A program made the position numbers and the translations under genes. Under the pieces are notes generated by a model. The model was given only the letters and a program-made list of their open reading frames with translations, was not told the origin of the DNA and did no database searches. DNA of 64,000 bases, from contig OZ024748.1 in NCBI GenBank assembly GCA_964016885.1, forward strand, positions 26,784,001 to 26,848,000. Direction: 5' to 3'. Position 1 is the stretch's first letter. Each line of letters starts with the position of its first letter. Shown here piece after piece: positions 36,525-51,120 of the stretch. The stretch comes from Eledone cirrhosa (Eukaryota).

Positions 36525-37999
36525 ATAAGACTGGTTACTTCTCAGTTTGTAGTTGGTACAGATCAAATCTTTTACACACTACATTGCTAGTGAATTAGAT
36601 CTGTGTATGGTGGGGAAGGGGTACATGTGTCACTGTGTATGCCTGTATATGTGTGTTTCTGTATATGGTGTGTGGTGTGTGTATATATATGTGTGTGTGT
36701 TAATGTTCATAAACATCTGTGTGGTGTATTTTATATGTGGCACATGTGTATGTGGTTGTGTGTTGTGTATGTATGTGTGTGGTGCATATGTGTGTGTTCC
36801 TTCAGTGTGTGTGTGTGGTGTATGTGTGTGTGTGTTCCTCCTGTATATGTGTAATGTGTGTGTGCGTGTGCGTGTGTGTGTGTGTGTTTAAGAGACTTAG
36901 TAAGAGGACCACACAAGAGATAAAATAGTTACTTGTTTTCTAGTGGCTGCCTTAATATTACAAACCCCTCCACAGATTCTGGGAAGGTAGGGGCTGTGGG
37001 AGAAAGAGAGAGAGTGGTAGGGGCTGGGGTGAGGGAGACAGAGAGAGAGTGAAAGTAAATTAGAAAGGAGATAGCATGTGTTGATGGGAGTGGGTGGGGC
37101 TGTCCTACCTACATACCTATCTACCTACCTACCAGCTCTACTTTACTTCTCCCTCTCTCTCTCTCTCTCTTACAATGTGATACCCACCCCTCTATTTGGA
37201 TGCTTGACACCACCATCACCCTTTAGAACCCCTTGAAATTCTAGCTTCCCTTAGGGAATTCAACCCTGGACACACACACACACATGAAGGCCCAGAGATT
37301 TAAAACCAGTGGTTGTGTGTTGAGAGGTGGTGGTGATGGTGGTGATGTGATAGTAAGAGGGGAGGTGGTGATTTGATAGTAATAGTGGTGGTGGTGATAG
37401 TGGCTGTGGGTTCCTTGTTATGTTTATTCATTTATTATTTACATTTAAAAGAACATTTATTCTTCTGGGGACCAGGCCCCTTTTCTCTTAAGATAGAAGA
37501 GGAAAGAGACCAGCAACAAGGGTGAAATAAGTCTTCTTGAGAAGGTGATTCTTTTGACTGTACATGTCAAGGAATTTCTCCATTGCAGTGAACAGTGAAG
37601 GCCAAACTAAGCTAAACTTAAAGAAAACTATCAGCATTTCTTGAGGAATAATAATGTAAACACACCAAACAGAAAGAATATATTTACTCAGAACCATCAA
37701 GTAAGGATTGGCACCTTATATACTATCTTCTAAAGAAGAAGCACTGTAAACACACATACATCCCATAACACACACATATCACAGAATACACTCACATAAT
37801 AAACACTGTCTTTCATCTTAATCTCTGGATGTAAAACAACAATATAGAAGGGAAGACAAAGGAGTTTTTTTTTAAAAGATTTTCTGGAAACTTCCTTTCC
37901 TCTCACTGGAATTAATGATCCAGTGAGATTCTTGAATTCTGGTTTATGAATTATATAACATATACATTATCTATATAGACATACAATCTCTCGCTCTCT

Positions 38000-38212
38000 A
38001 TTTACACACACACACACACATATATATACACACACACATACATGAATAAATACACACATACTCACACGAGTGTGTGTGATTATATATATATGTATTGATA
38101 TAAACATGATATTCATATACTGACACACACACAAACACACACACACATAATATATATATATACATACATATATACATTTATATATATATACACACACATA
38201 CATATACACATT

Positions 38213-38305
<93 letters not shown>

Positions 38306-38345
38306 ATATATATATACATACATATATATATATATACATATATAC

Positions 38346-38380
<35 letters not shown>

Positions 38381-38411
38381 TATATATATATATACATACA
38401 TATATATATAT

Positions 38412-38442
<31 letters not shown>

Positions 38443-38495
38443 TAATATCGAAACATTCATAAATAAATAGAAAGATAGATAGGTAGGTAGAGATA

Positions 38496-38565
<70 letters not shown>
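38000..38565. repeat. (TA)n/(CA)n-rich low-complexity tract
   Basis: Direct reading. Confidence 0.85.
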
Positions 38566-38568
<3 letters not shown>

Positions 38569-38714
38569 ATTTGTATATAAGGTTTGTTTTTTTCATTTTC
38601 AACAGTGGTTTCAAAACTGCCAAAATTTGTGTGAATTTTCTTAAATGTTTTATTTCATTTCCATGGAACACAAATAAAATTTTGTATTTTACAACTATAT
38701 ATCAACATTATATA

Positions 38715-38753
<39 letters not shown>

Positions 38754-40064
38754 GATCTATATATGTATATATGTTTGTATGTACATACATACAAATTGAA
38801 AAAGCAGAAGTACTATATTTTAGTACCCTCTTCCCTTCCCTCCCTCTTCATTTTTGAATCTATGTGGGTGACCTGACTTTGCCTATTAAAAACACACACA
38901 GGCACACCGACACACACATTGCCAGCTAGGACCACCCTGCTGCTGAAACCAAAAAGCTACTACTTGTGGAAGAACTATGAAGAGACTAGCAGAAGAAACA
39001 TTATTATTCCACAGGATCAACAATTTGGAAGAAAGAAAATGAAAAATGTTCTTCTTTCCAAGTAACCAAAGGAAGAGGAAAAAAATGCATCTTATGTAAT
39101 TTTACAGAGGAAGGATATTTCTGTGTGTGTGTATATTTATATATATAGGTGTGTTTATTTATATATATATATATGTGTGTGTGTTCTGTCATCTTGCCAT
39201 TACCACCTAACCCAAACCAATGTAACCACAAATGCTCCATAAATTTCACTTAAATCAGAAAATACAAGTTTAGACTCTAAACCGTTGAATCATGAACATT
39301 TTGGATTAAAAAAGAAGAAAAAAGGTGGAAAAAAAAAAAAAATATATATATATATACACACACATACATATATATATATATATAATATATATATATAGTT
39401 AAGAAGAAATAAAACAAAACCCACAATAAACTAAAAAAGTATGAAAGCACAAGATAGGATCTGTATTTACTGAGGTACAAAAAAAACAAAAAAACAGGTA
39501 TTTCATTTCGGATTTTCACCCTCTGCTGGAAAATTGGATATTTTGAATTAACTGGAATCATCTCAAAACTAATTACATTTTTTTCTCAACCACAACAACA
39601 ATAAAAAAAAAAAAAGAAATCTGTTGTACTAACAGAACAATAATGGTTTCTGATTTAGGCACAAGTCCAACAATTTTTGGGGACGGGAAAGTCGATTAAA
39701 TTAACCCCAGTGCATTACTGGTACTTTATTTTATAGACCCCCTAAAATGATGAAAGGCTTAGTTGTATAAAATATTGATAGTAACAATAGCAGCTATAAT
39801 AATAATAAACTAACATCAATGACTGAGACTCAAAGAGTAATAACAACAATAGTAATAATTGTTTCTACTTTTGGCACAAGGCCATCAAATTACCCAGTAC
39901 ATTACTGGTACTTTATTTTAATAATAATAGTAATAATAATCAGAAGTGTAAAAAGAACTGTAATAACAAGATTAATAATAATAATTAAAACAATACTAGC
40001 AGTAAGTTTTAAAATAACAGTAGCAATATAAATACCAGTGTAAAAATTACTGTAATAACAAGTG

Positions 40065-40290
40065 ATGATAATAATGCTTTCTTTATTAACCACAAGGGTT
40101 TACACAAAGTAGACATTCAGGACAATACAGGACGGTACAAAAGGACATTTCTGCGTGTAAAAAAACAAAAAAACAGAGGATGTAATAATAGAACAATAAA
40201 AAAATTCCCCAATAGGGGGGAGACTTCCGAGGGACATTCGTGGAGAAAGCCCATTAAAAAGCCACAGTGACCCTGACCACCAGGACAAGT
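40065..40290 (-). mobile_element. Probable 3' end of a LINE (unclassified)
   Basis: On the minus strand, AATAAA is followed by a short (att/atc) tail after a GC/CpG-richer T-rich 3'UTR-like segment. No ORF. Confidence 0.3.
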
Positions 40291-41455
40291 GCCCTCTCCC
40301 AGTTTTCCACCTTTAATTTACAGACACATACTCAGATAACAATAATGAGTGGGAGGTGGTATTCTAACATTGGCACAAGGCTACAATATATTTGGGGACA
40401 TAGATGTGGATTAGATGGACCACAGTATTTAACTGGTACTTAACAACAACAACAAAGAATAAAAATAATAAAAATAACAACAATACAGAAAGTAAATGTT
40501 TCCTATGAAAAATAGATTTGATGTTACAGAGAAATATATATATATGTATATATATATAACATCCATTAATGTGTGTGTGTGTGTGTGTGTATATAATACA
40601 TAATATACATACCTAGATACACACACACCCATATATATATATATATATATATATACATAAACATATTAATATATATAAAATGTAGATACATACACACATA
40701 CATACATATCAATATATATAAACATATAAATATATATATATGTAGATACATACATATCTATATATATATCCACATACATATCACTATACATACACACGTA
40801 TATATCAATATACATATATAAATATACATACACACGTATATATCAATATATATCTATAAATATACATACACACATATCTATCAATATATATCTATAAATA
40901 TACATACACACATATCTATCAATATATATCTATAAATATACATACACACATATCTATCAATATATATATCTATATATATATATATACATATATAGCATAT
41001 ATATGTAGCATATACAAGTGTGTATGTTTTAGTTTGAAAGTGTTTTGAAGTTTTGCTTCCCATTTTCACACTTGGGAAATATATTAAAATCAGTAATTTT
41101 CGAGTTGAAAAGATGAAGAGGAAGAAATTTAGATGAATTTTATTTCTCTCTCCCTCTCTCTCTCTTGATTACTGAGAAAGAAAGGAAGAAAGGGAACCAA
41201 AAAAGAGGAACCCTATAAAACAATCTATATATCTAACTGCATCTTCTGGAATTTCCATTAAATAACTTCTTAATAATAATGAGATAATCTTTACTGCCTT
41301 GTAAATCTTCCTTTTTTTCTTCTTTTCTTTATTTTTTTTGTTTGTTTGTTCCCCCCCACACACACACACTATTTCTTACACAAAATTCTATGTGTGTGGC
41401 AGCTTTCTTCCTTTTTACAAGTAATGTCTTCTCTACATGTGTGCCTGTCTGTATA

Positions 41456-41491
<36 letters not shown>

Positions 41492-42954
41492 GTGTGTTAT
41501 AGTAATAGTCCATAGTAATAGAAAACCAGTGTAGCACTATACACATATATACTACTGGCTACTGTTTGCTAAGACAAAAAAAATTTTAATTCTAAAAAGA
41601 CTAGCCCATACAATCTTGTGATGATGATGATGATGCCTGTTGAATGAAAAGGAAAAAAGGTAGAAAGAAAGAACACAACAAGCTCTACCCTGTTCTTTTC
41701 CCCTCCCCACTCCCCAAGAAAAAGAAACACCAGCAACATAAGAACACACACACACTCAGCCTCTCAGCTTGAATGCTTAACAGCAGTGAGTAGAGGCAGG
41801 GAGGGAGGGAAGGAGGTCTGTGAGATCTATCTCTATCTACTAGGGTGGGCTGGGCTCCAAGGTACTTGTTTCTAGTGAACCAAGGACTTTTTGCTATGCC
41901 TTGTCAACACTGACTGACAAAGTGCATTGGATCAGTGGTAGAGATAGAGAGAGAAAGAGTCGCACAGAAGAGTAGAGACCCACCACACACCTAACTTCAG
42001 ATCACTTGTCCCAACCACAAACACCACCACTGCTGCCATTGCCCTTACCTACATCTCAATTGATATCTTTCTACCTTTAGTTTTCTAAAAGAGATTCCTA
42101 CCATGTATATATGTCACAGTTAGCCGTAGGAATATCCAAGGTATCACAAATTGATTTTAAAACAAAACGAACAACAAAATATAACAAACACAATCACATG
42201 CAACATACAACACAGCATATACAAAACAAATAATAATAAAAAAAAAAAAAAGAAATTCTATCATCTTTCACTGATTTTTTATTCATAATGGTTGAGCTTG
42301 TGACAAAAGCCTGGAATATTGCCTTATGTTCTTGCAGTGCCTTACCAGATGCCAAATAATCAATGATTCTTGGGATATTTACCATATATTTTTCTGATAA
42401 ATGGATATCAATATTCCTATTATAATTCTTCAAAATTTGTAAAGAATTAGGAATACAAAAAAAAAAAAAAAAAAGTTTAAGAAAACAGGAAAAATACCAA
42501 TTTTTTCCATTATATATATTTCTATAAAAAAAATTATATTATTAATTTTATGATTCTTATAAAATTCTTTGGGTGGATTACAATTCCCTATGACCTATAA
42601 CCATTTTCTCTGGAGTTATTACTTTCTAGTGGAGGTATTTACCATTTAGTAAAAGGTAAGCATATTTTTGTCTTGGGCTTGTGGAATCAAGAAATGTTTA
42701 ACTTTTTTTTTTTTCATCTAATTATTTCATATATATTGATATACATTCATATATATATATTATATATATATATACACACACTTCTCATATACAGTCACAT
42801 ATATATATATATACGCATGTTATATTGACATGTAGAGTCACATATATTGACACACATTCACACACACGCACACACATATAATTATCATTTAACAGCCGTT
42901 ACATAATGATGATTATATATCCATGCAAGCATGGAACATGGACAAACGGTGATA

Positions 42955-43006
<52 letters not shown>

Positions 43007-43188
43007 GAAAAGTATAGAAATTGTTGTAGCGAGAAGCTAATAGTATTCCATAATATATAAGTGACTATAGAATCAAAATGGGAAAATAGTTAACATAATA
43101 TTTATATTTGCATGTTGACATGAATTTGATGAATTGTCAATTTCAGACTAGACAGGTTGGAGAACCTCAACTTGCTTGCCTATTTCTG

Positions 43189-43228
<40 letters not shown>

Positions 43229-43785
43229 CCATATCCAATAATTAACTCTTAACATCCTGCAATGATTTACCCAAAAATATATAAAAACAGGTTTACTAAT
43301 TCAAATGTTTATAGTATCTTTACTAGTGGACAGATTGTTGTGAAAATTCACAGTAAACTTCAGAATTTAATGTAATGCAGTCATGGTGCTGTTCAGTATT
43401 TTCTAACAAATAATCTTGTTTATGCCTGATGAATAATACATCACTTTAATTCAACATTTATTTAATTACTATGAAAGACATTTTAACTAATTGACAAACA
43501 AATCCAGCAATTAAAATATTTGATTTTATTCATTTATTTATTTATTTTGCCCTTAATTATTTTGTTTTTTAAACTCTACAGCAAAAATACGAGATTCTTT
43601 CTCCTCACCCAGCATAAGACGCTGAAGACTTCATTTTGTATAATAATTTAGGGGTCAGGTTACTTGGGTGTGGTTTCCATGTTGCTTTTTTTTTTCTGTG
43701 TTCCTTAAGCTTTTCGATACCAGCTGGTCCAAAACGCTGCTCTGGTTCTATGAAATAAAAGCCACTCATTTTAAAGAGTTCTTAT

Positions 43786-44010
43786 TTAACCCGTTAGTTA
43801 CCAACCAAGCCCAAACCAGCTCTGGTTCCATGAAATAAACCATCTATTTTACAGGTTTTCAATTTAAATGAACATTTTCCAACATAATTTTATATTAAGT
43901 TACTATCTTAGTAATGAAATAATTAATAATTTTCGTAAATCCCTCAAAAGTCTTCATTAATTAATTGAATTAAAGTATAATTTATTAGAATATTGTTATG
44001 AAAGGGTTAA
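43786..44010. mobile_element. TTAA/piggyBac-type MITE family B
   Basis: ttaacccgttagttacc ... attagaatattgttatgaaagggttaa. Partial copies nearby at 43715-43790, 44065-44230, 44730-44920 and 45125-45188. Confidence 0.7.
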
Positions 44011-44944
44011 ATAGAAATCTTCCAACATAATTCATTTATTTAAGAACCATACTCTAATCCTCATGATACCACCCTGCCCAAAACCCTACGCTGGTTCTAT
44101 GAAACAAAACCACCTATTTTAAAGGGCTCCTATTTAAATTGAAATCTTCCAACATGATTTTATATAAAAACTTTTTGCTATGTTAATAACGAAATAAATT
44201 ATAATTTTAGTAAATCTCTAATAAATTCATTAACTGAAACAGTATATTTCATTAGAAATATGGTCAGAAATGAGTTTAGAATAGGTGGCATAGGTTGAAC
44301 AAGTCCTTTTTGATGCAGAATTTAACGATGGATGCCCTTCCAGATGCCAACCATCACTGTGTTTTAGGTTAGATACAGATCTTTGTATATCTAAATGTAG
44401 AGAAGTCGGACGTATGTTTATGTGGGTCATAAACAAATATCACTGCTTGTGCTGGCAATATCAAATTGAAAGTGAAGAAACAATGATAAACACACACACA
44501 CGTCTCTATATATAGATATATATATGTACTCACACACACACATACATATTGATGGGTGTATGTATATACATACATAGAATGGTCAAATATTAGCTGAAGG
44601 AACACTCATTACATGTGAGCAGATTATAAATTATATTTTCTGGAGAAAAAGTTGGCAGTGACTTTGAATTTTCAAGATTGCAAAGCCAACTTCTTCACCA
44701 CACAACCATGCTTGCACCTATCATTTATAGTAAACCATTTTATGACCGTGTTTCTAAGAAAAATACACTCTATTTCAATGAATTAATGAAGATTTTGAGG
44801 GATTTACTGAAATGACTAATTATTACATTACTAAAACAGTAAGTAACTCAACTTAAAAAGTGTGGGTTTCTTTCATAGAACTAGAGTGGGTTTTAGCTGG
44901 GTTGGTATCCAAAGGGTTAAAATGTCTCTATGAAAGACATCTTT

Positions 44945-45108
44945 TTCTTCTTCGCCCACTTATTCCTGAGAGGGTCATGGGGGCAGAGTCCTCAAACACT
45001 CCTTCCAGTGGGTCCTGTCAGAAGCAACCATCTCCAATTGATCCAGCTGGATCCCCAAGTGAGACCAACCGAGCTCATGAATGTTATCCAATCATCTTGC
45101 TCGGGGTC
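44945..45108 (-). mobile_element. 3' fragment of second RTE family
   Basis: Reverse complement of 29560-29710. Confidence 0.65.
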
Positions 45109-45750
45109 TAAGGAATCCTTTAAAAGGAGTGAGTTTCTTTCATAGAACCAGAGCTGGTTTTGGCTGAGTTGGTATCTAAAAGGTTAAAATGTCAGTGGTA
45201 GAATATGAACAATGAATAACCATTCCTCTTACACTGTAAGAAAGTAAAGGATTGTTCCAGCTTAAATGACTAAAATCATTAACATCAATTACATCTTAAT
45301 TAAACATCCAAATATAAAGCCTCTACACAGTCACTTGATTGCTAGAAGTAGCAGCAAAATCTTAATATCACAAAGGTTTTAAAGAAACAGAATAACTCAT
45401 TTGATAATATAGTCCTAGATACACTATATCTGAAAATGACAGGATGGTCATGGTTGGAATGACTGATCATATTGTCTGCTAGATCAAAGTTAACCTGGTC
45501 TAAATGATCACAATTATAACACCTCTAGAAGCTCTGGGTCTCCTTCCAAAAGTAACAGTTAAATCTCCCTCAAATAATTCTAGAACTATACAGCAACAAC
45601 AAAAATGAAATTTTATGTAAGAACCTTTATTAAGTTATGTTCCAAACACAAGCTTGATAATGAGAAAGTTAGTTACATCACTTAATTTCTCCAAATTTTT
45701 TATTATAAAAAAATTATTTGAAAATCATAGACAGTGCCTTTCATTATTAA

Positions 45751-45860
45751 ACCCCGCCGAGGTTAACTTTGCCTTTCATCCTTATGGGGGTCGATAAAAT
45801 AAAGTACCAGTAATGTACTGGATAATTGCTGGCCTTGTGCCTAAAGTAGAAACAATTATT
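45751..45860 (+). mobile_element. 5'-truncated Nin-type SINE inserted in a MITE-B terminus
   Basis: Nin motif and tail sit between catagacagtgcctttcatta and aatgcggtaaccaaaaggttaa. Confidence 0.75.
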
Positions 45861-45875
45861 AATGCGGTAACCAAA

Positions 45876-47507
45876 AGGTTAAGGACAGAGACAGTGTCTT
45901 TCATTAGAAATATGGTAATGAAAGGGTTAATGACATAAGCTGTGGCTTTCATTAGAAATATGGTAATGAAAGGGTTAATGACATAAGCTGTGGCTTTCAT
46001 TAGAAATATGGTAATGAAAGGGTTAATGACATAGACAGTGTCTTTCATTAGAAATATGGTAATGAAAGGGTTAATGACAGAGACAGTCTCTTTCATTAGA
46101 AATATGGTAATGAAAGGGTTAATGACAGAGACAGTGTCTTTCATTAGAAATATGGTAATGAAAGGGTTAATGACATAGACAGTGTATTTCATTAGAAATA
46201 TGGTAATGAAAGAGTTAATGACATAGACAGTGTCTTTCATTAGAAATATGGTAATGAAAGGGTTAATGACAGAGACAGTGTCTTTCATTAGAAATATGGT
46301 AATGAAAGGGTTAATGACATAAGCTGTGGCTTTCATTAGAAATATGGTAATGAAAGGGTTAATGACAGAGACAGTCTCTTTCATTAGAAATATGGTAATG
46401 AAAGGGTTAATGACAGAGACAGTGTCTTTCATTAGAAATATGGTAATGAAAGAGTTAAGGACAGAGACAGTGTCTTTCATTAGAAATATGGTAATGAAAG
46501 GGTTAATGACAGAGACAGTGTCTTTCATTAGAAATATGGTAATGAAAGGGTTAATGACAGAGACAGTCTCTTTCATTAGAAATATGGTAATGAAAGAGTT
46601 AATGACATAGACAGTATCTTTCATTAGAAATATGGTAATGAAAGGGTTAATGACATAAGCTGTGGCTTTCATTAGAAATATGGTAATGAAAGGGTTAATG
46701 ACATAGACAGTGTCTTTCATTAGAAATATGGTAATGAAAGGGTTAATGACAGAGACAGTGTCTTTCATTAGAAATATGGTAATGAAAGGGTTAATGACAG
46801 AGACAGTGTCTTTCATTAGAAATATGGTAATGAAAGGGTTAATGACAGAGACAGTCTCTTTCATTAGAAATATGGTAATGAAAGAGTTAATGACATAGAC
46901 AGTGTCTTTCATTAGAAATATGGTAATGAAAGGGTTAATGACATAAGCTGTGGCTTTCATTAGAAATATGGTAATGAAAGGGTTAATGACATAGACAGTG
47001 TCTTTCATTAGAAATATGGTAATGAAAGGGTTAATGACATAAGCTGTGGCTTTCATTAGAAGTATGGTAATGAAAGGGTCAATTACATAGGTAGTGTCTT
47101 TTATTAGAAATATGGTAATGAAAGAGTTAATGACATAGGTAGTGTCTTTTATTAGAAATATGGTAATGAAAGAATTAAAGACATAGGCTGTGCATTTCAT
47201 TAGAAATATAGTAATAAAAGGGTTAATGACATAGAGGGTGTCTTTCATTAGAAATATGGTAATGAAAGGGTTAATGACATAGAAAGTGTCTTTCATTAAA
47301 AATATGGTAATGAAAGGGTTAATGACATAGACAGTGTCTTTCATTAAAAATATGGTAATGAAAGGGTTAATGACAAAGTGTTTTTCATTAGAAATATGGT
47401 AACAAAAAGGTTACTGACATAGTGTCTTTTATTAGAAATATGGTAATGAAAAGGTTAATAACAAAAGCTGTGGCTTTCATTAGAAATATGGTAATGAAAG
47501 GGTTAAT
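45876..47507. repeat. 48-bp minisatellite, about 34 copies, derived from MITE-B terminus
   Basis: Unit ttcattagaaatatggtaatgaaagggttaatgacatagacagtgtct matches the MITE end at 54751-54781 (ttcattagaaatatggtaataaaagggttaa). Confidence 0.95.
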
Positions 47508-47639
47508 CCAATTAATGTATATGACATCATCCGGCCACCAAGTCATTTAACTAAAATTCTATCTAAACAAAACATTAGAATCTGAGGAAAGTATTGACAA
47601 ATAGTTTTATCTGGTTACTGATGGGAAGGAAGTTAATTA

Positions 47640-47905
47640 AATTCTGTTCTAATCTGATAGCTCATCGGGTCAGTACTTATCCCTGGTTTCCTTGGTGCTA
47701 ACCAGCTGTGAGTACATGACTGCCTGGATTGGTCTATCACAGGATTAACTCCCCAGCTACTGTTGGTACTCCTCTCAGCTGAGTGTACTGGAGCAACATA
47801 AAATAAAGTGTTTTGCTCAAGAACCCAGTAGAGCACACTGTCCAGGAATTGAACCAACAACATTATTATCACACATCAGTCATTCTAACTATTAGGCCAT
47901 GCAGT
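47640..47905 (-). mobile_element. CORE + Meta-like domain SINE (diverged)
   Basis: Reverse complement resembles 52420-52658. Confidence 0.55.
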
Positions 47906-48261
47906 TTCATTTGAGAAGGACGGAAAAAGGAAAATATCAGAGAGAACCGACCTGAATGCTTGCAACAGAGTGAACATTGAAAAACACCCAAGGGCCAGGC
48001 AGTGGTATTAAACTGATTGAAAGATTAAGTCTACCACCCAAGTAGGCCAACAGATTTTAATTCATTATGCAATACCACAAAATATCTTGTCTGAGACACA
48101 CTAACAATTCCACTAATACAATGCCATGGATTGCCCGTCGTTGCCAGGCAATAATCACAATAGTATGCCTTTATTTCAAACTTTTTTTTATTCCATGTCA
48201 GATCATATCTTCTCTAAAGGATAGTCCACTTGATGAGGACGGATTTCTTTATTAATTGGGT

Positions 48262-49168
48262 CAATTTATAATGTTTGTATAAACAATGTTTGTTGTTTTT
48301 CCATCTGGGGAATAGATGTAAAGATTTGTCTGACTTCCTACTCTTGAACATCCAAATTAAAGCTGACTATTGGTGAAGCAGGGCTCTTCGATGTGTAAAC
48401 CAGCAACCAAAAATGTTTGTCCATATGATTTGTTGATGGTTATGGCAAAACAAAGACCCACTGGAAATTGAAGTTGTTGGGAATAAAAGGAATTCTTGGA
48501 AAGAACACATCCTCTCCTCTACCACATCTTATTGAAATAGTGGCTTGAATCACGTGTGGATACATATTTTTCACAACCAATCGAGTGCCGTTGCATAGCC
48601 TTGGTGGGTCCAAATTCCTCAATAACATGATGGGTGCTTCTTCTTTAAGGTGAAGGACATGTGGAGGCATTCCTGGTAGTTCTAAGGAGTTGAGGAACTG
48701 TCAGGTAATTGACAGATTCCAACTGTTCCACTACAATGTTGACAGATCGATAGAGCTTCAAAACATTTGGAGTTCTTTTTAACAGCTCTTGATTTACTAA
48801 TTTCACAATCACATTTTTCGGGGCCAATAAAGCCCTTTCATTGAGCCACTTGTGACTTGCAGACTGATAATCAAGATTAGGTAACACTTTTTGTATGAGA
48901 TGGAATAATGATTCCACTATTATGTCTATGGAACTTACATCAATAGCTACCTTTATATCTACAGGAAGTCTTCCGTCCCCAAGCATTAATAGATTCTGGA
49001 CGAACTGCTCTGATTCTTTGTCTCTACCAAGATATGACCTCATGTTTGTAGTGGGCTTCAAAACTTTGATAGAAGTCCAAAGTGTCGATTTCTTTCAAAG
49101 AAGCTCAGATTTGATCAATCCTATTACCTTTTGGAATGACTGGGAGAGTTTGTCTAAAATCTCCTCCT
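48262..49168 (-). pseudogene. Helitron RepHel C-terminal PIF1-family helicase remnant
   Basis: [86 protein letters not shown]. Contains frameshifts and stops. Confidence 0.92.
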
Positions 49169-49170
49169 CT

Positions 49171-49373
49171 TACTACTACTACTACTACTACCACCAATAC
49201 TACTACCACCACCACCACTACTACTACCACCATCACCACCACAACTACTATCACCATCCCCAGTACCACTGCCTGTACTATTATCACTACCACTACCACC
49301 ACAACCACCACCACTACTACTACCACCATCACCAACACCACTGCTACTACCACCGCCACAACCACCACCACCA
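49171..49373. repeat. (TAC/CAC)n tract inside the Helitron
   Basis: Directly abuts the helicase remnant. Confidence 0.9.
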
Positions 49374-50099
49374 TAGAAGATATAGAAAGAGAGTGAGACA
49401 GTGTGGTAAAGATATATAGAGAGGGGAAAGCGTAAAATACAGAGAGAGACAGATATATATAGAGAGAGGTATTGTGACAGTTGTAATGGTATTCTATATT
49501 GACGATCTTGAAGTTGATTTATATCTCATAACAATTAGATTTTTCATAACTAACAACCCTAAAACATTCTCCCTGGGACGAGGATTTCGGAAATGAAAAC
49601 CGTTTTTCTCTGGGATGCACCGTTTCGGAGCCTTTAAGAGACATACACATATACACACGAACATTCTCATTTATAGTATAGATATAAACTCAAACACACA
49701 CACACACACACACACACAGACATATATATATATATATTTGTGTGTTTGAGTGTAGATATATTTGTGTGTGTATATGTATATATATACATATATGTGTGTG
49801 TATACACACACACATTCACACATGATTTAGTAAATAATACTTTTTCTCGAAAAACCCCCAGAATATTTCATGTTACAGCTGACAGTTACACACACGCACA
49901 CACACAGACACACACACTTTATTATTGTACCCCCACCACACCCCACCCAAGGGTGAGTATAATACCTACCGCATGGTACTAAAATACCTACACATGCTTG
50001 ATTAGCATGTCTCTCTCTCTCACACACATGTATCCCACTCACCTACTCTACTGCTATAATATACTTCACATATGGCCCATAGGCTGGCATACAATCATA

Positions 50100-50640
50100 C
50101 GCCCACATACATATGGTCACACAAGCTCATATAGAGCCATACACACATACATATACTGCCACACAGATATACATATATGGCCACACAGATACATGCAGCC
50201 ATACAGACATACACATGGCTATATACATACATACATACATACATACACACATATGGTCATATACACACACACGTATGCAACTATACATACAGACACAGAC
50301 ATACACATGGCTATATACATATATACATTCACACATATGGTTATATCGACACACACGTATGCAACTATACATACAGACATACACATGGCTATATACATAC
50401 ATTCACACATATGGTCATACACACACACACGTATGCAACTATACATACAGACAGATATACACATACACACATATAGTCATATACACACACACGTATGCAA
50501 CTATACATACAGACACAGACATGGCTATATACATACATACACACACACATATAGTCATATAGACACACACGTATGCAACTATACATACAGACACACACAT
50601 GGCTATATACATACATACACACACACATACATACATACAT
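50100..50640. repeat. About 60-70-bp CA/TA-derived minisatellite
   Basis: Recurring catat(g/a)gtcatatacacacacacgtatgcaactatacatacagac..catggctatatac. Confidence 0.85.
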
Positions 50641-50936
50641 ATCCTGTCAAAGAGATAAATATGGTTAAATGCTTGATCTCTCTGAATGGAAGAACAAAGT
50701 TTTATTTAGTATTAATGCCTTTCCCAAGAGCTTACAATCATAATTACCCTTCTTTCTTCTACACAACTAATATCCTCACCTAACCTTTTCATGTCAGCCA
50801 TCTACCATCCTATGCTACCTATCATCAATATGCCACCATGGTTGTATACCATTGGTCATATATATAATTTACTGATTGTAATGTCCAGTTACTCAATAAA
50901 TGTAATGAAGATCTAACACCTCGTCGTTTTTATTAT

Positions 50937-51120
50937 TGGATTGGCAGAGTATCAGACACCATGCTTTACAGCAAAGAGTTACAGCCCTTTACAGTCTGAG
51001 TTCAAATCCCGTCGAGGTTAACTGCCTTTCATCCTTGCAGGGTCAACAAAATTAGCACCAGTAATGCACTGGGGTAATTGCTGGCCTTGTGCCTAAAGCA
51101 AAAACAATTATTATTATTAT
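50937..51120 (+). mobile_element. Nin-type tRNA SINE
   Basis: gagttcaaatcccgtcgaggttaactgcctttcatcc and (ATT)n tail. Confidence 0.75.

Larger units (their letters stand above)
48113..49682 (-). mobile_element. Internally deleted Helitron with both termini
   Basis: 5' a^TCtatactataaatgag at 49682, PIF1 helicase remnant, and 3' hairpin ttgcctggcaacgacgggcaa followed by a degenerate TTAG^t terminus near 48113. Confidence 0.8.

Noticed and set aside
45782-47344. 520-aa ORF with 16-aa repeats
   Set aside because: It is the translation of the 48-bp MITE-derived minisatellite running into a SINE. There is no evidence of coding function.
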